Source of the DNA: Gemmatimonadaceae bacterium
GTDB lineage: Bacteria > Gemmatimonadota > Gemmatimonadetes > Gemmatimonadales > Gemmatimonadaceae
Length of the DNA: 64,000 nt
Assembly (NCBI GenBank): GCA_044224875.1
Contig: JBGAJQ010000014.1
Span: forward strand, 1-64,000
Reading direction: 5' to 3'
Part shown: positions 19,525 through 29,348 of the stretch, in pieces
How the letters are laid out: each line of letters begins with the position of its first letter
Numbering within the stretch: the first letter of the stretch is position 1
Position numbers and translations under genes: made by a program
The notes under the pieces: model-generated
Databases searched by the model: none
What the model saw: only the letters and a program-made list of their open reading frames with translations
What the model was told of the DNA's origin: nothing

Positions 19525-20514
19525 ATGCGCATAGCCGTGTTGATGGGTGGAACCTCGGCGGAACGAGATGTTTCGCTCGCGTCCGGATTGCGCGTTGCTG
19601 AGGCGTTGCGAGGAGCCGGTCACGATGTGGTAAGTATCGATACGGCATCCGGACTTCTCTCGCCAAGCGAAGAGCATGCAATCCTCAGTCATGGTGTGCT
19701 GAAGACCATTCCCCCCGATGTGGCTTCACTCGCCAGGCTGGATCGTCAGCTGCCTTCCAAGCTGGATTCGCTGTCGGCGGTCGACGTGGTGTTTCTGGCC
19801 CTTCACGGGGGGCGCGGAGAAGACGGTACCATTCAGGCGCTCTTGGACCTGACGGGAGTGCCGTACACGGGGAGCGGTCATCTCGCCAGCGCCTTGGCGA
19901 TGGACAAGGACCTTTCGAAGCAATTGTTCCGGCAAGCTGGAATTCCAACGCCGGACTGGCTAATGGCGCCGGCGTCGCCGGCCGAGGTTGCGAGAGCGAT
20001 TGGCTTTCCCTGCATCGTCAAACCCAGCAAGCAAGGATCTACGGTTGGCCTTTCGCTGGTTCGTGATCCTAACGAGCTGACAGTCGCGGTTGAGGCTGCG
20101 AGGGAGTTTGATGACGAGGTGATGATCGAACGATTCATTGCAGGCCGCGAGTTGACGGTGGGCATCCTTGGCGATCGCGCCCTTCCGGTCGGTGAGATCA
20201 TTCCGGTTCACGAGCTTTACGACTACGAGTGCAAGTACACGCCTGGCATGGCGCGCGAAGTTTTCCCTGCGGAGCTGTCCTCGCCATTGACCGCCCGCGT
20301 TCAGGAATTGGCACTTTCGGCATTTCGCGTACTGAAGCTGCGGGGATACGCGCGGATTGACTTTCGGATGTCGGCTGACGGGGAATTCTATTGCTTGGAG
20401 GCCAACACCCTTCCGGGGATGACCCAGCTTTCCCTCATTCCGCAGGCGGCGGCAGCGGCACAGATTCCATTTGCGGCACTTTGCGAGCAAATCGTACGGC
20501 TCGCGCTACCCTGA
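19525..20514 (+). CDS. ddl: D-alanine--D-alanine ligase
   Basis: GGTSAERDVS, LHGGRGEDG, YDYECKY, EANTLPG. Confidence 0.97.
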   Translation: MRIAVLMGGTSAERDVSLASGLRVAEALRGAGHDVVSIDTASGLLSPSEEHAILSHGVLKTIPPDVASLARLDRQLPSKLDSLSAVDVVFLALHGGRGEDGTIQALLDLTGVPYTGSGHLASALAMDKDLSKQLFRQAGIPTPDWLMAPASPAEVARAIGFPCIVKPSKQGSTVGLSLVRDPNELTVAVEAAREFDDEVMIERFIAGRELTVGILGDRALPVGEIIPVHELYDYECKYTPGMAREVFPAELSSPLTARVQELALSAFRVLKLRGYARIDFRMSADGEFYCLEANTLPGMTQLSLIPQAAAAAQIPFAALCEQIVRLALP

Positions 20515-20527
20515 CGTGACTAGTTCT

Positions 20528-21187
20528 ATGGGAACGACTCCCGTACTCGCGGCGGCTTTGACCGGCGTCCCAGTTGGCATCCAGCGCCAGGGGGTATGGT
20601 CGGGTTACCGACAGATGTTTGTGCGCTTTGCGGGCGCGGCCGAGACGGCTCAGATGTATTCCGCGGATGCTCTGGCTCGGGAATTGAATCGTACCCTAGG
20701 GCGGAGTCCCGTACACTCAATCTGCGTGAGTGGGCGTGACGCGTTGGGTAGCGTCGATTTTCTCGCGGCGGCGCTGCGTCAGGTCCCCAAGGGACAACGC
20801 GTGATGGTAGACACGGATGGGCAGCGGCCTGAGGCAGTCGCGGTGTTGCACGAGTTTGTCACCCTGCTGCAGGTGACCGTCGAGCTTCCGGCATCGACGG
20901 TGTCGTTGGAACGCGTTCAGACGACGTTACGAGACGCTCGCCGTCTGGGGTGCGCCCACGCATTGGTGATCGCCGGCAGTGACGAAACGAGTGACGCGGA
21001 TTATCTCCAGATCGTCGAGCAAGCGCATGCTGCCAGCGAGAATACGGCGGTTGTCCTGCATCCGGGTCCCAGTGCGGAGCGGGCGCAACTCGACCGGCGG
21101 TGGAGTACCTTGGTGGAGCATGCGATGGCGAGACATTCGGATGTTCGGATAGCCCTTCGACTCAACGGGCCAGCGACCATTCGATAA
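20528..21187 (+). CDS. Degenerate QueE/NrdG-like protein lacking radical-SAM CxxxCxxC
   Basis: GIQRQG..SGYRQMFVRFAG, HSICVSGRDAL, VMVDTDG resemble QueE motifs; family call by eye. Confidence 0.6.
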   Translation: MGTTPVLAAALTGVPVGIQRQGVWSGYRQMFVRFAGAAETAQMYSADALARELNRTLGRSPVHSICVSGRDALGSVDFLAAALRQVPKGQRVMVDTDGQRPEAVAVLHEFVTLLQVTVELPASTVSLERVQTTLRDARRLGCAHALVIAGSDETSDADYLQIVEQAHAASENTAVVLHPGPSAERAQLDRRWSTLVEHAMARHSDVRIALRLNGPATIR

Positions 21188-21279
21188 GCGAAAGGGGCCC
21201 GGCTGGATCCAAGGGGAACAGTTGCCGGACCGGCGTGATACGTATAGTTGTAGTACAGATTCCAGAACCGGCACTCGGA

Positions 21280-22191
21280 ATGTCCCACGCGCTGACGGAC
21301 GACGCTGAATCACCACGCCTAACGAAGGCTGTGCAGTGGCTTATCGCCATCAACGTGGCGATTTACTTCTTGCAGCTGACGGTCGTGGGCCCGAGCAACA
21401 TGCAGCAGGCACTCGGGTTTGAAGCACGCCATCTCTCGACCGCGTGGTGGACGGTGCTGTCGTACATGTTCGTCCACGGGGGATTTTGGCACCTGGCATT
21501 GAACATGTACACCTTGTACCTGTTCGGCCCGCGCGTCGAGCACTTGTGGTCGCCTGGTGAATTCACCCGCTACTACATTGCCTGCGGACTCGGCGGTTGG
21601 TTCTTCCAGCTGCTGTTCGCGCGCGATGCACTATTGATTGGCGCCTCCGCGGCCGTGCTCGGCGTGATGCTGGCGTATGCGATGCGGTGGCCGAACGACG
21701 AGGTGTACCTGTTCGGCGTGGTACCCATCAAGGTGAAGTGGCTCGTCGCCATGCTCGCGACGTTTAACCTGATCAGTGGCATTGCCGCCGGTGATCAGGG
21801 CGGTGGAGTTGCATACCTGGCGCACGTCGGCGGGTTGGCGGCTGGATGGGTGTATCTTCGCTCATCGTCTGCAGCAGGATTCGACCGCCTTCGGCAGCGG
21901 ATCTCCCAAGTTCCAGATGTACCTGACGAGACGCCGCGCGCGATTCCACGCTCACTGCCGCGTACGCGCGAGAAGGGAAACGAAATCGACGACGTGATTT
22001 CGCGCAGTCAGGCCGCTACGGCGCGACGCCCGGCGAGTGTGCAACAAGCGACTGTGCCGGCTGTGCGACGTGAAAAGGCCGACCTCGATGTGCTGCTCGA
22101 CAAGATCTCGCAAAACGGCATCGACAGTCTTACCGCAGAGGAGCGGCGGCAGCTCGAAGAGCGATCCAAGGAACTTCGCGGCCGCGACTAG
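21280..22191 (+). CDS. Rhomboid intramembrane serine protease with C-terminal soluble extension
   Basis: HLALNM, GASA, AHVGG; C-terminal LLDKISQNGIDSLT. Confidence 0.93.
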   Translation: MSHALTDDAESPRLTKAVQWLIAINVAIYFLQLTVVGPSNMQQALGFEARHLSTAWWTVLSYMFVHGGFWHLALNMYTLYLFGPRVEHLWSPGEFTRYYIACGLGGWFFQLLFARDALLIGASAAVLGVMLAYAMRWPNDEVYLFGVVPIKVKWLVAMLATFNLISGIAAGDQGGGVAYLAHVGGLAAGWVYLRSSSAAGFDRLRQRISQVPDVPDETPRAIPRSLPRTREKGNEIDDVISRSQAATARRPASVQQATVPAVRREKADLDVLLDKISQNGIDSLTAEERRQLEERSKELRGRD

Positions 22192-22212
22192 TCGCGACAT
22201 TCGCGTGAGGCC

Positions 22213-22253
22213 AAGGCGACGCCGAGTGACCCACTTGGCGTCGCTTCTTCGTT
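22213..22253 (+). terminator. Probable terminator after rhomboid gene
   Basis: GGCGACGCCGAGTG-ACC-CACTTGGCGTCGCT then T-rich run. Confidence 0.65.
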
Positions 22254-22270
22254 CCCATATCGATGGGTGG

Positions 22271-22421
22271 AAAAAAAGAGCCCCCCGGTATTACCGGGGG
22301 GCGAGTGCCGCCACGCCGTTCTCGCGGCGGCTGCGGCCGGACGCTAGGCGCCGGCCTAAAGAGAACCTACGGCCCGATTTCAGGGCTGTCCATACCGGTT
22401 AGACGACTACTTGTTGCCTGC
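22271..22421 (-). ncRNA. Candidate structured small RNA ending in a strong intrinsic terminator (22271-22302)
   Basis: Minus-strand GCCCCCCGG hairpin + T7 with no minus-strand CDS upstream; further hairpins; TAGACG-N16-CATTTT upstream. Confidence 0.45.
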
Positions 22422-22488
22422 GGAGGTAAAATGAGCATAGTCCGTGCCGCGTCTAGCGTTGAATACTGCAAAACCGCATCCTTGGCGG

Positions 22489-22899
22489 ATGCCACAGCCA
22501 GAGTTGCTCGAGACCTTCCTCAATCCTTATCCGAACCGGTCATACGAGATCCATATGACATGTCCGGAGTTCACGTCACTATGTCCATTGGGCGGGGTTG
22601 AGAGTGACGCCGCCGAGCTCGCGCTGTTGCGCGGCGGGGCACCGGACTTTGCGACGATTACGATCACGTACGAACCCGCGGAGCGCTGTCTCGAACTCAA
22701 GAGCTTGAAGCTGTACCTCTGGAGCTTCCGAAACGACGGGATCTTCTACGAGAGGGTTGTGAACCGGATACTGGATGACTTAAGCGCTGCTGCGGCGCCT
22801 GGGTGGATGAAAGTGGTTGGTGACTTCAATGTTCGCGGTGGGATTAAGTCGATCATTACCGCCGAAGTGGGGGCGCGAGCGTCGTCGAGGGCTAAGTAA
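22489..22899 (+). CDS. queF: NADPH-dependent preQ0 reductase QueF (short type) with loop insertion
   Basis: PEFTSLCP...PDFA, ELKSLKLY, FNVRGG. Confidence 0.9.
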   Translation: MPQPELLETFLNPYPNRSYEIHMTCPEFTSLCPLGGVESDAAELALLRGGAPDFATITITYEPAERCLELKSLKLYLWSFRNDGIFYERVVNRILDDLSAAAAPGWMKVVGDFNVRGGIKSIITAEVGARASSRAK

Positions 22900-22987
22900 C
22901 GTGCGCTCGTGGCGGGCCGCGTCGCCTGAGACATGCGCAAGACAGTGGCTTGGCCTCAACCGGAGGTGGCGTTACGTTTCCGGCCAC

Positions 22988-23060
<73 letters not shown>

Positions 23061-23148
23061 CTTCACGTAAGCGATTACACTGCAACCGATTGAGGAATGG
23101 CGCGGTCCCCATGGCCCGCGCCTTCTTCTTTACGAGAAACTACGGTCG

Positions 23149-23421
23149 CTACGCGTTGAACTGGAGCGTCACGCGCACCTGATCGCCGTCTCCCTTCGGT
23201 CCCCTGATGGCTTTGGGAATGGGGAGAAGCGTTCGACCTGACTTTTCCCGCCAGACACTGGTTTTCCACGTGTGTCCGTCGACAGTCGCCACCACTGACG
23301 TGCGTCCCCAAGCCCCCGACGACGACGGCGCGTAACGCGCGGGGACTATCGCGAAGGTCCATCCTCCCTTTCCAGGATAGCGGAACAGCGTTGCCTTGAA
23401 GCGCGTCGAGTAGGACGGCAC
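23149..23421 (-). CDS. DUF1905 family small protein
   Basis: GKGGWTF, WGRTSVVATVDG..WKTSVW, LLPIPKAIR; GAGGAG before GTG 23421. Confidence 0.8.
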   Translation of the reverse strand: MPSYSTRFKATLFRYPGKGGWTFAIVPARYAPSSSGAWGRTSVVATVDGHTWKTSVWREKSGRTLLPIPKAIRGPKGDGDQVRVTLQFNA

Positions 23422-23428
23422 CGTCTCC

Positions 23429-25102
23429 TCACTGACGGCAAGGCGCCCGGGGGTCTCCGCGAGGCTTGTCCAATCTGGGCCGGTGATCGGCGTTGCCGAG
23501 ATCGAACGCCGCGTCGTACACGAATGACGCCACGCGTGCCAGCGCATCGTAGTCGATGTATTGCGGTTCGTCCGTGACCTGATGGTAGTCGAGGTGTTCG
23601 CCACGCGAGACGGCGATGGCGGGAATCCCATACCGCGCGTAGCTGTAGTGATCCGCCCGGCAGTAGTACTGCAGCGGATGACCTGGCTGATCGTACGTCA
23701 GGTTGAACTTGAAGGGAGCTGGTTGCTTCGCATTTGCCCGTTCGATGATGTCGCCGAACTCATTGGAAAGGCGTCGAAGCCCAACGACCTCGAGGTAAGC
23801 AGGCCCCGCATCAGGGAGGTCGCTCACGGAACCGCGACCGATCATGTCCATGTCGATCTCGCCGACGATCGAATCGCGGGCGACCGTCGGGTGATCGGTG
23901 TACCACTGTGACCCGAGGAGTCCATACTCCTCGGCCGTGTGAGAGACAAAGAGGACTGATCGCTTTGGCCGTGCGCCCGATGACAAGCGCTCGGCGATCT
24001 CGATCAAAGCGACCGTTCCGGTCCCGTCATCGTCTGCGCCATTGCGGATGGAATCGGGTCGTGGTGGCCGTGCGGCTCGCAACGAGTCCAAGATCGTGCG
24101 GATCTGTTGCTGTTCGGCGTTCGACGGTTCGTGCGGAGGTGTGTCCGCACCCATCGGACGGATGACGCGATTGAATGCTCGCAGCGAGTCGTGATCGACG
24201 GGCGAGTGGTCGTACCCGACGTGATCGTTGTGAGCGGTGAGAGAGACGAACTGTCCACGAAGGACGGGGTCAGTGCCACGAAGAATGCCCACGACATTTC
24301 GCGCTGGGAATTCCAGCGGAAAAACGCCGGCGCCAACCTGTCCGCGCACCACGCGGCCAGTTGTACCTGGCGAGAGATTGGCAATGGGCGCTCCGAGCAG
24401 GCGTTGTGCGGCCGCCGAGGTGATGAGAGCCGCCGGGACGAGGTCGGCACGTGTTGTGCTGTCCTGAACGAGGTTGCCAGAGAGCAGTTGCGCCACGGTG
24501 CTGGCGCCCAACGATTCCATGGCCGTCATGCATACGAGTGCGGCACCGGCGAACTGCGGGGCGCGCGCGATCGGTCGCAGGAAGCGCAGGGGCGACGCTT
24601 CGCGGGAGCCATCCTGTCGAGGTGCGGCGATGACGACGATCTTGCCTCGTGCGGCCGAAGAATCGATCCATGAGCTGGGATCCGATGCCACGCCGCCGAA
24701 GATCACGGTGGCGCCGTCCATCTGGCGTAGGCGCGCGGGCACGGCGATCGGTGCGATGTCAGCGCCGATCCGGAGGACGGTATCGGCGACGGATAGGCGT
24801 AGCGCGGGATTTGCGCGGATCCAATAGAACGGCACCGTCTGGAACCACGTGCCCGAGTCACCGGCGGGTTCGAGTCCGAGTCGCGCAAACTCAGCCGCGA
24901 TGGATGCGGCGGCCTTGAAGTTCCCAACGTGGCCAGGTTCGCGGCCTCCCATCGAGTCATCCGCCAATGCAAACAACCGGACTCGCAGGTCCTGCGGCGA
25001 GATCTCAGGGGTGGTCCGGAAAGGGCCATTCGCCGTGACGGCGACACGACTCGTGCACGCCGCAGACACAAGGAAGAGAAGAAGCAGTCGGTGGTGCCGC
25101 AT
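23429..25102 (-). CDS. M28 family metallopeptidase lipoprotein with PA-like insert
   Basis: Lipobox SAAC; AHNDH, NGADDDGTG, AEE, DMIGR, DYH. Confidence 0.92.
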   Translation of the reverse strand: MRHHRLLLLFLVSAACTSRVAVTANGPFRTTPEISPQDLRVRLFALADDSMGGREPGHVGNFKAAASIAAEFARLGLEPAGDSGTWFQTVPFYWIRANPALRLSVADTVLRIGADIAPIAVPARLRQMDGATVIFGGVASDPSSWIDSSAARGKIVVIAAPRQDGSREASPLRFLRPIARAPQFAGAALVCMTAMESLGASTVAQLLSGNLVQDSTTRADLVPAALITSAAAQRLLGAPIANLSPGTTGRVVRGQVGAGVFPLEFPARNVVGILRGTDPVLRGQFVSLTAHNDHVGYDHSPVDHDSLRAFNRVIRPMGADTPPHEPSNAEQQQIRTILDSLRAARPPRPDSIRNGADDDGTGTVALIEIAERLSSGARPKRSVLFVSHTAEEYGLLGSQWYTDHPTVARDSIVGEIDMDMIGRGSVSDLPDAGPAYLEVVGLRRLSNEFGDIIERANAKQPAPFKFNLTYDQPGHPLQYYCRADHYSYARYGIPAIAVSRGEHLDYHQVTDEPQYIDYDALARVASFVYDAAFDLGNADHRPRLDKPRGDPRAPCRQ

Positions 25103-25106
25103 GCGC

Positions 25107-25694
25107 CTAACGGTGCGGGTAAAATTCAATCAGTCCGGCGGATCCTGGGGTCGTCGGGTCAGCGTCGCCGGGGCCTTTTGGTCCGCCGCGGCGCACCTTG
25201 GCGGACGCTTCCTGGACCTCGACCGCGATCCATGTGGTGGCGTCGACGTGTGCGTCGGGTTGCACCTGATAATCGACGCCAGCCGTGCGGCCGGGGTGAT
25301 AACGGGCAATGAGGGCATCGCCGATCCGCCGCTTCTCTTCGCGATCGGTGACTTCGCGGGTCCCGCCGAAGCAGACGGCACTTCGGTAGTTCACCGAGTG
25401 GTACTTGGCCGTCTTGGAGAGGACCAGGCCGTCCACCATGGTCACGGTCACGCAGACACGCGCACCGGACGCCAGTAGGGGAGCGAGGCGGCCAAAGGTT
25501 GCACCGTGCAGGTAGATGGTGTCTGGGTGTTCCCGATCGAAGTGATACGTCATGGGGATGACGGCCGGGCCCTGGTCTTCGGCAATTCCGACGTGAGCGA
25601 CGAGGCCCGTGGCGAGGATGTCATGCAACTCGTCAGGCGCGGAGCGTTCCGGGTGGATGTGAAACGTTGTTCGTGACGTATCGCTGTGAGGCAT
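25107..25694 (-). CDS. Pyridoxamine 5'-phosphate oxidase-like flavin-binding protein
   Basis: IYLHG, DGLVLSK..HSVNYRS, SAKVRRGGP. Confidence 0.88.
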   Translation of the reverse strand: MPHSDTSRTTFHIHPERSAPDELHDILATGLVAHVGIAEDQGPAVIPMTYHFDREHPDTIYLHGATFGRLAPLLASGARVCVTVTMVDGLVLSKTAKYHSVNYRSAVCFGGTREVTDREEKRRIGDALIARYHPGRTAGVDYQVQPDAHVDATTWIAVEVQEASAKVRRGGPKGPGDADPTTPGSAGLIEFYPHR

Positions 25695-25793
25695 GGGATT
25701 GTGGTGGCGGCTGGGAAGAAGTATCGCACGTGGGCGCCTGTCATCGCGAGGTCGCTCGTGGCGGTCCGCAGCCGGTTGTACATTATCAGCCGC

Positions 25794-27065
25794 ATGCCAT
25801 CCCGCGACCTCTCCACCTCAGCCGCCGTGGCGTCCGGCGCGGAGCCTCCTCGAGAGCGCGCCGAGCGAGTTCGGGTCCTGCATGAGACCTTGAGATTGTT
25901 CCCGGCGGCACTATTTCAATTTGACCCGCGCATGCGCGACGGGTGGTACACGGATCGCTATTTCGTGCGGACTGCCCGAACGATTGCGCATGCGGGCCGG
26001 GATCCAGTGGTCTGCATGCAAGTGTTCGCGAAACAGCACGGCGTCCTCGCTGGGGCGTACGAGGCCATTCGGATGTTGCAGACGCAACTGGCGGCACATC
26101 CTGAAACGGGAGAACGGTACTCACTGTCGGATTTCGAGATCGACACATTGATGGATGGCGACGACGTGGCGCCGTACGAGACGGTTCTGCTGATCACCGG
26201 GCCATACGTGGCGTTTGCACACCTGGAGACGGACTACCTTGGAGTGCTCGCGCGTCGCTCGTTGGTAGCGACAAACGTTAGGCGCGTGATGCACGCTGCT
26301 GCGGGGAAGCCAGTGATCTTCATGGGTGCGCGCCACGACGATTGGAGAGTCCAGACGCCAGACGGATATGCCGCGCGCGTCGGTGGTGCCGGCAGTGTGT
26401 CCAGCGACGCGGGCGGGGCATGGTGGGGCGCTGCGGGTGTGGGGACCATGCCACACGCGATGATTGCGGCCTTTGGGGGCGATGTCGTGGCCGCCACGCT
26501 GGCCTTCGCGCGATACTGCCAGGCGTACGAGCCAGAGATGCGTGTGGTGAGTCTAGTGGACTATGACAATGACGTGGTGAACGATGCGCTGGCGGTCGCG
26601 CGCGCCATGCGCGAAGCGTTTGGCGAGGGCTCGCTTGCAGCGGTGCGCGTTGACACGAGCGAGTCCTTGATTGACAAGACGCTGGTGCGGGAAGGTGCAC
26701 AGCTGCCACGCGAGCTGCTGACCGGTGTCAACCCGATTCTCGTTCGGCGTCTACGTTCCGCCTTGGATGACAACGGGTTCACGGGGGTCGGGATTGTCGT
26801 GTCTGGGGGCTTCACGCCGGCCAAGATCCGACGCTTCGAAGAAACGGGTGTGCCGGTGACCGGGTACGGCGTGGGGTCGAGCTTGCTCGGCCACAATGAT
26901 GGTGAAGCTGACGGGTTAATCAACGACTTCGATTACACGGCGGATGTGGTGGTGGTGGATGGGAAGCCTGAGAGCAAGGTCGGACGCGGGCTGAGCGTGA
27001 ATCCACGCCTTGTGCGCCTGGATCTGTCGCAGCTGACGGAAGGCGCCTCACGCACGCTTCGATGA
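25794..27065 (+). CDS. Nicotinate phosphoribosyltransferase (PncB-like, short type)
   Basis: YTDRYF, MGARH, GTMPHA, LVDY, VRVDT, VSGGF, GVGS; coupled to nicotinamidase. Confidence 0.85.
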   Translation: MPSRDLSTSAAVASGAEPPRERAERVRVLHETLRLFPAALFQFDPRMRDGWYTDRYFVRTARTIAHAGRDPVVCMQVFAKQHGVLAGAYEAIRMLQTQLAAHPETGERYSLSDFEIDTLMDGDDVAPYETVLLITGPYVAFAHLETDYLGVLARRSLVATNVRRVMHAAAGKPVIFMGARHDDWRVQTPDGYAARVGGAGSVSSDAGGAWWGAAGVGTMPHAMIAAFGGDVVAATLAFARYCQAYEPEMRVVSLVDYDNDVVNDALAVARAMREAFGEGSLAAVRVDTSESLIDKTLVREGAQLPRELLTGVNPILVRRLRSALDDNGFTGVGIVVSGGFTPAKIRRFEETGVPVTGYGVGSSLLGHNDGEADGLINDFDYTADVVVVDGKPESKVGRGLSVNPRLVRLDLSQLTEGASRTLR

Positions 27066-27796
27066 CTTGGCGAGACCGACGACCCCCTTTTCGACACCGC
27101 CGCCTGGGCTGGGTGGTGGATGTTCAGCACGATTTCATGGATCCAACAGGGCGTCTTTACGTGCATGACCTGCGCGACCCCGGGGACCCGGGGGCGAGCG
27201 TTGCCAGGGAGGCGATCGTGCGCAGCGTCGAGTGGATGAGGGACACCTGTGACGTGGTGGTGTTCACCGGCGACTGGCACGCCTATGGCGATCGGGAGAT
27301 TGTTGTCGACCAGCCGGACGCAGCGCTGGGGACGTATCCGCCGCACTGCATGGGTGCCGCAGACGATCCGGAGGAACGGCGAGGGGCGGCGTTGATCGAG
27401 GAGGTTGACCCTGCTGGCGAGGCAGTGATTCTCGAGCGTGAGGCGCCGACGTGGCGGGCCGGAGAGGTCGCGAAAGTGGCGGTGGAGGGAAGACGACCGG
27501 TCTTCATCCAGAAGAAGGAGTTCTCCGTCTTCGAGGGGAATCCGGCGACTGATGTCTTCTTGGGGCATCTGGTCTCCAAGCTTGGCGAACGGCCGGAGGT
27601 CGTGGTGTGTGGAGTAGCGACAGACGTCTGCGTGCGCCACGCCGTGGAGGGATTTCTCGACCGCGGATTTGGTCTTTGGGTTATTCGAGACGCGACGCAC
27701 GGGCTTGGCCTGATCCCCGACGATGCGTTGTGGCGTCGCTGGCAAGAGCGGGGCGCGCGGGTCGTGACGTCGACGGAGCTCGACTCGATTGCCTAA
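27062..27796 (+). CDS. pncA: Nicotinamidase / isochorismatase family
   Basis: VDVQHDF, DWH, PPHC, GVATDVCV. Confidence 0.85.
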   Translation: MTWRDRRPPFRHRRLGWVVDVQHDFMDPTGRLYVHDLRDPGDPGASVAREAIVRSVEWMRDTCDVVVFTGDWHAYGDREIVVDQPDAALGTYPPHCMGAADDPEERRGAALIEEVDPAGEAVILEREAPTWRAGEVAKVAVEGRRPVFIQKKEFSVFEGNPATDVFLGHLVSKLGERPEVVVCGVATDVCVRHAVEGFLDRGFGLWVIRDATHGLGLIPDDALWRRWQERGARVVTSTELDSIA

Positions 27797-29309
27797 CGAT
27801 GGTGATCACCCATTGGGCGGCACTGCCGTGATTACGAAGGTGCAGCGCTTGTTGGCGATTGACTTCGTTGTGGATCAAAGACGTCGCCAGCTTGGTCGCT
27901 TCGCCATGCAGGTGTGCCTAGGTATGCTCGTGGCCCCGATCACCTTGACGTTGCCGGCCCAAGTGACGTCATCGCGTGCCGCCGTGCCACCATCAGGACG
28001 GTTTGACGCACTGGAGCGCGTCATCAACACCGCCATGCGAGATCGGGGCATACCGGGTGTTGCGGTGATTGTGACGGAGGGGAGGGACGTGACGTACCGC
28101 CGTGCCTTTGGGATATCCGACATTGAGAGCGGTGCCCCGATGTCCACGTCGTTGCTAACGCAAGTTGGCTCGGTGACGAAGGTGGTCACCGCCCTGCTAG
28201 CAGCTGATATGCAGCTGGCGGGCGAGGTGGACTTGGACGTGCCCATTGGCCGCTATGCGACTGGACTGTCACCGCGCCTGTCGTCGATCACGCTGCGCCG
28301 CCTCCTGTCGCAGACGGCTGGCCTGCGCGACGAACCGGCCGTTTCAGGACGGCAGGACGGATCGGCGCTGCTCGAGTATGCGCGTACGGTCCCGGACGCG
28401 GCGCAGATTCTTCCACCGGGCGAGGCCTTCTCGTATTCCAACCTGGGGTTCGCGTTAGGTGGATTGACGCTCCAGCAGAGCGTACACGTTCCCTTCGATC
28501 GACTGCTCCAGGATCGCGTTCTCCTTCCGTTGCAGATGGGTCATGCAACGATGCGGCTGCCCGACGCCGCGACATATCCACGTGCCGCTGGTCACGCACC
28601 GGATAGTACGGGTCGACTACGCGTCGTACGCCCCGTTGCGAACGACGCGCGCTATTGGCCGGCAGGATATCTCTGGGCGTCAGCGGAAGACTTGGCCGAG
28701 CTAGTTCGCTTGTTTCTTCACACCCCGTCTCGCGCGTCGCATCCACGCCTGGCGGCTGCAGCAGATTCCTTGCTGGTGCGGCGGGTGGAAGTGCCAGGTC
28801 TCCCGAATAGCGCGCAGTACGGATATGGGATGTTCGTGGATCAGTGGCATGGCGTACGACGCGCGTGGCATCCGGGCGCCATGCCGGGATTCAGCGCACT
28901 GATTGAGCTATTGCCCGACAGGGATGTGGGCGTGGTGGTGGTCGCGAACCGGGATGGGCTTCGGCTGGACGAGATCGCCGAGGCGGCGCTTGAAAGTGGA
29001 GGGGTGTTTCCGAATGAGTCGTCCAGCGCCGACTCCGTCGTTGCGTCCGCAGTGAGCGGATCACTCCTTCAATCGTTGGAAGGCCGTTTCCTCGGGCGGT
29101 TTCCACTGGAACTACAGTACCGCGACGGCCAGCTGCTGCTCACGCGCTTCGGCACCACGCTGCCGGTCGTGCCACTGGGGGACGATCGCTACCTGATCGT
29201 GAACCCGGGCACTGGACGCCAAGAGACGTTCAAGATCATCCCGTCGTCGGGAAGCCGACCGGCGTACATCCAGATGTTCCTCTGGGCCTTTCCGCGCGTT
29301 AGGCAGTAG
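27789..29309 (+). CDS. Serine hydrolase, beta-lactamase class C-like (start may be 27906)
   Basis: GSVTK (SxxK), YSN, HPG. Confidence 0.88.
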   Translation: MPNDGDHPLGGTAVITKVQRLLAIDFVVDQRRRQLGRFAMQVCLGMLVAPITLTLPAQVTSSRAAVPPSGRFDALERVINTAMRDRGIPGVAVIVTEGRDVTYRRAFGISDIESGAPMSTSLLTQVGSVTKVVTALLAADMQLAGEVDLDVPIGRYATGLSPRLSSITLRRLLSQTAGLRDEPAVSGRQDGSALLEYARTVPDAAQILPPGEAFSYSNLGFALGGLTLQQSVHVPFDRLLQDRVLLPLQMGHATMRLPDAATYPRAAGHAPDSTGRLRVVRPVANDARYWPAGYLWASAEDLAELVRLFLHTPSRASHPRLAAAADSLLVRRVEVPGLPNSAQYGYGMFVDQWHGVRRAWHPGAMPGFSALIELLPDRDVGVVVVANRDGLRLDEIAEAALESGGVFPNESSSADSVVASAVSGSLLQSLEGRFLGRFPLELQYRDGQLLLTRFGTTLPVVPLGDDRYLIVNPGTGRQETFKIIPSSGSRPAYIQMFLWAFPRVRQ

Positions 29310-29348
29310 GGCGGGGAGGAGGCCGCGGCGACGGCTCGTTGCGGCTGG

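Noticed and set aside
22300..22488. preQ1 riboswitch upstream of queF
   Set aside because: No recognisable preQ1 hairpin with A-rich tail on the plus strand; the terminator faces the other way
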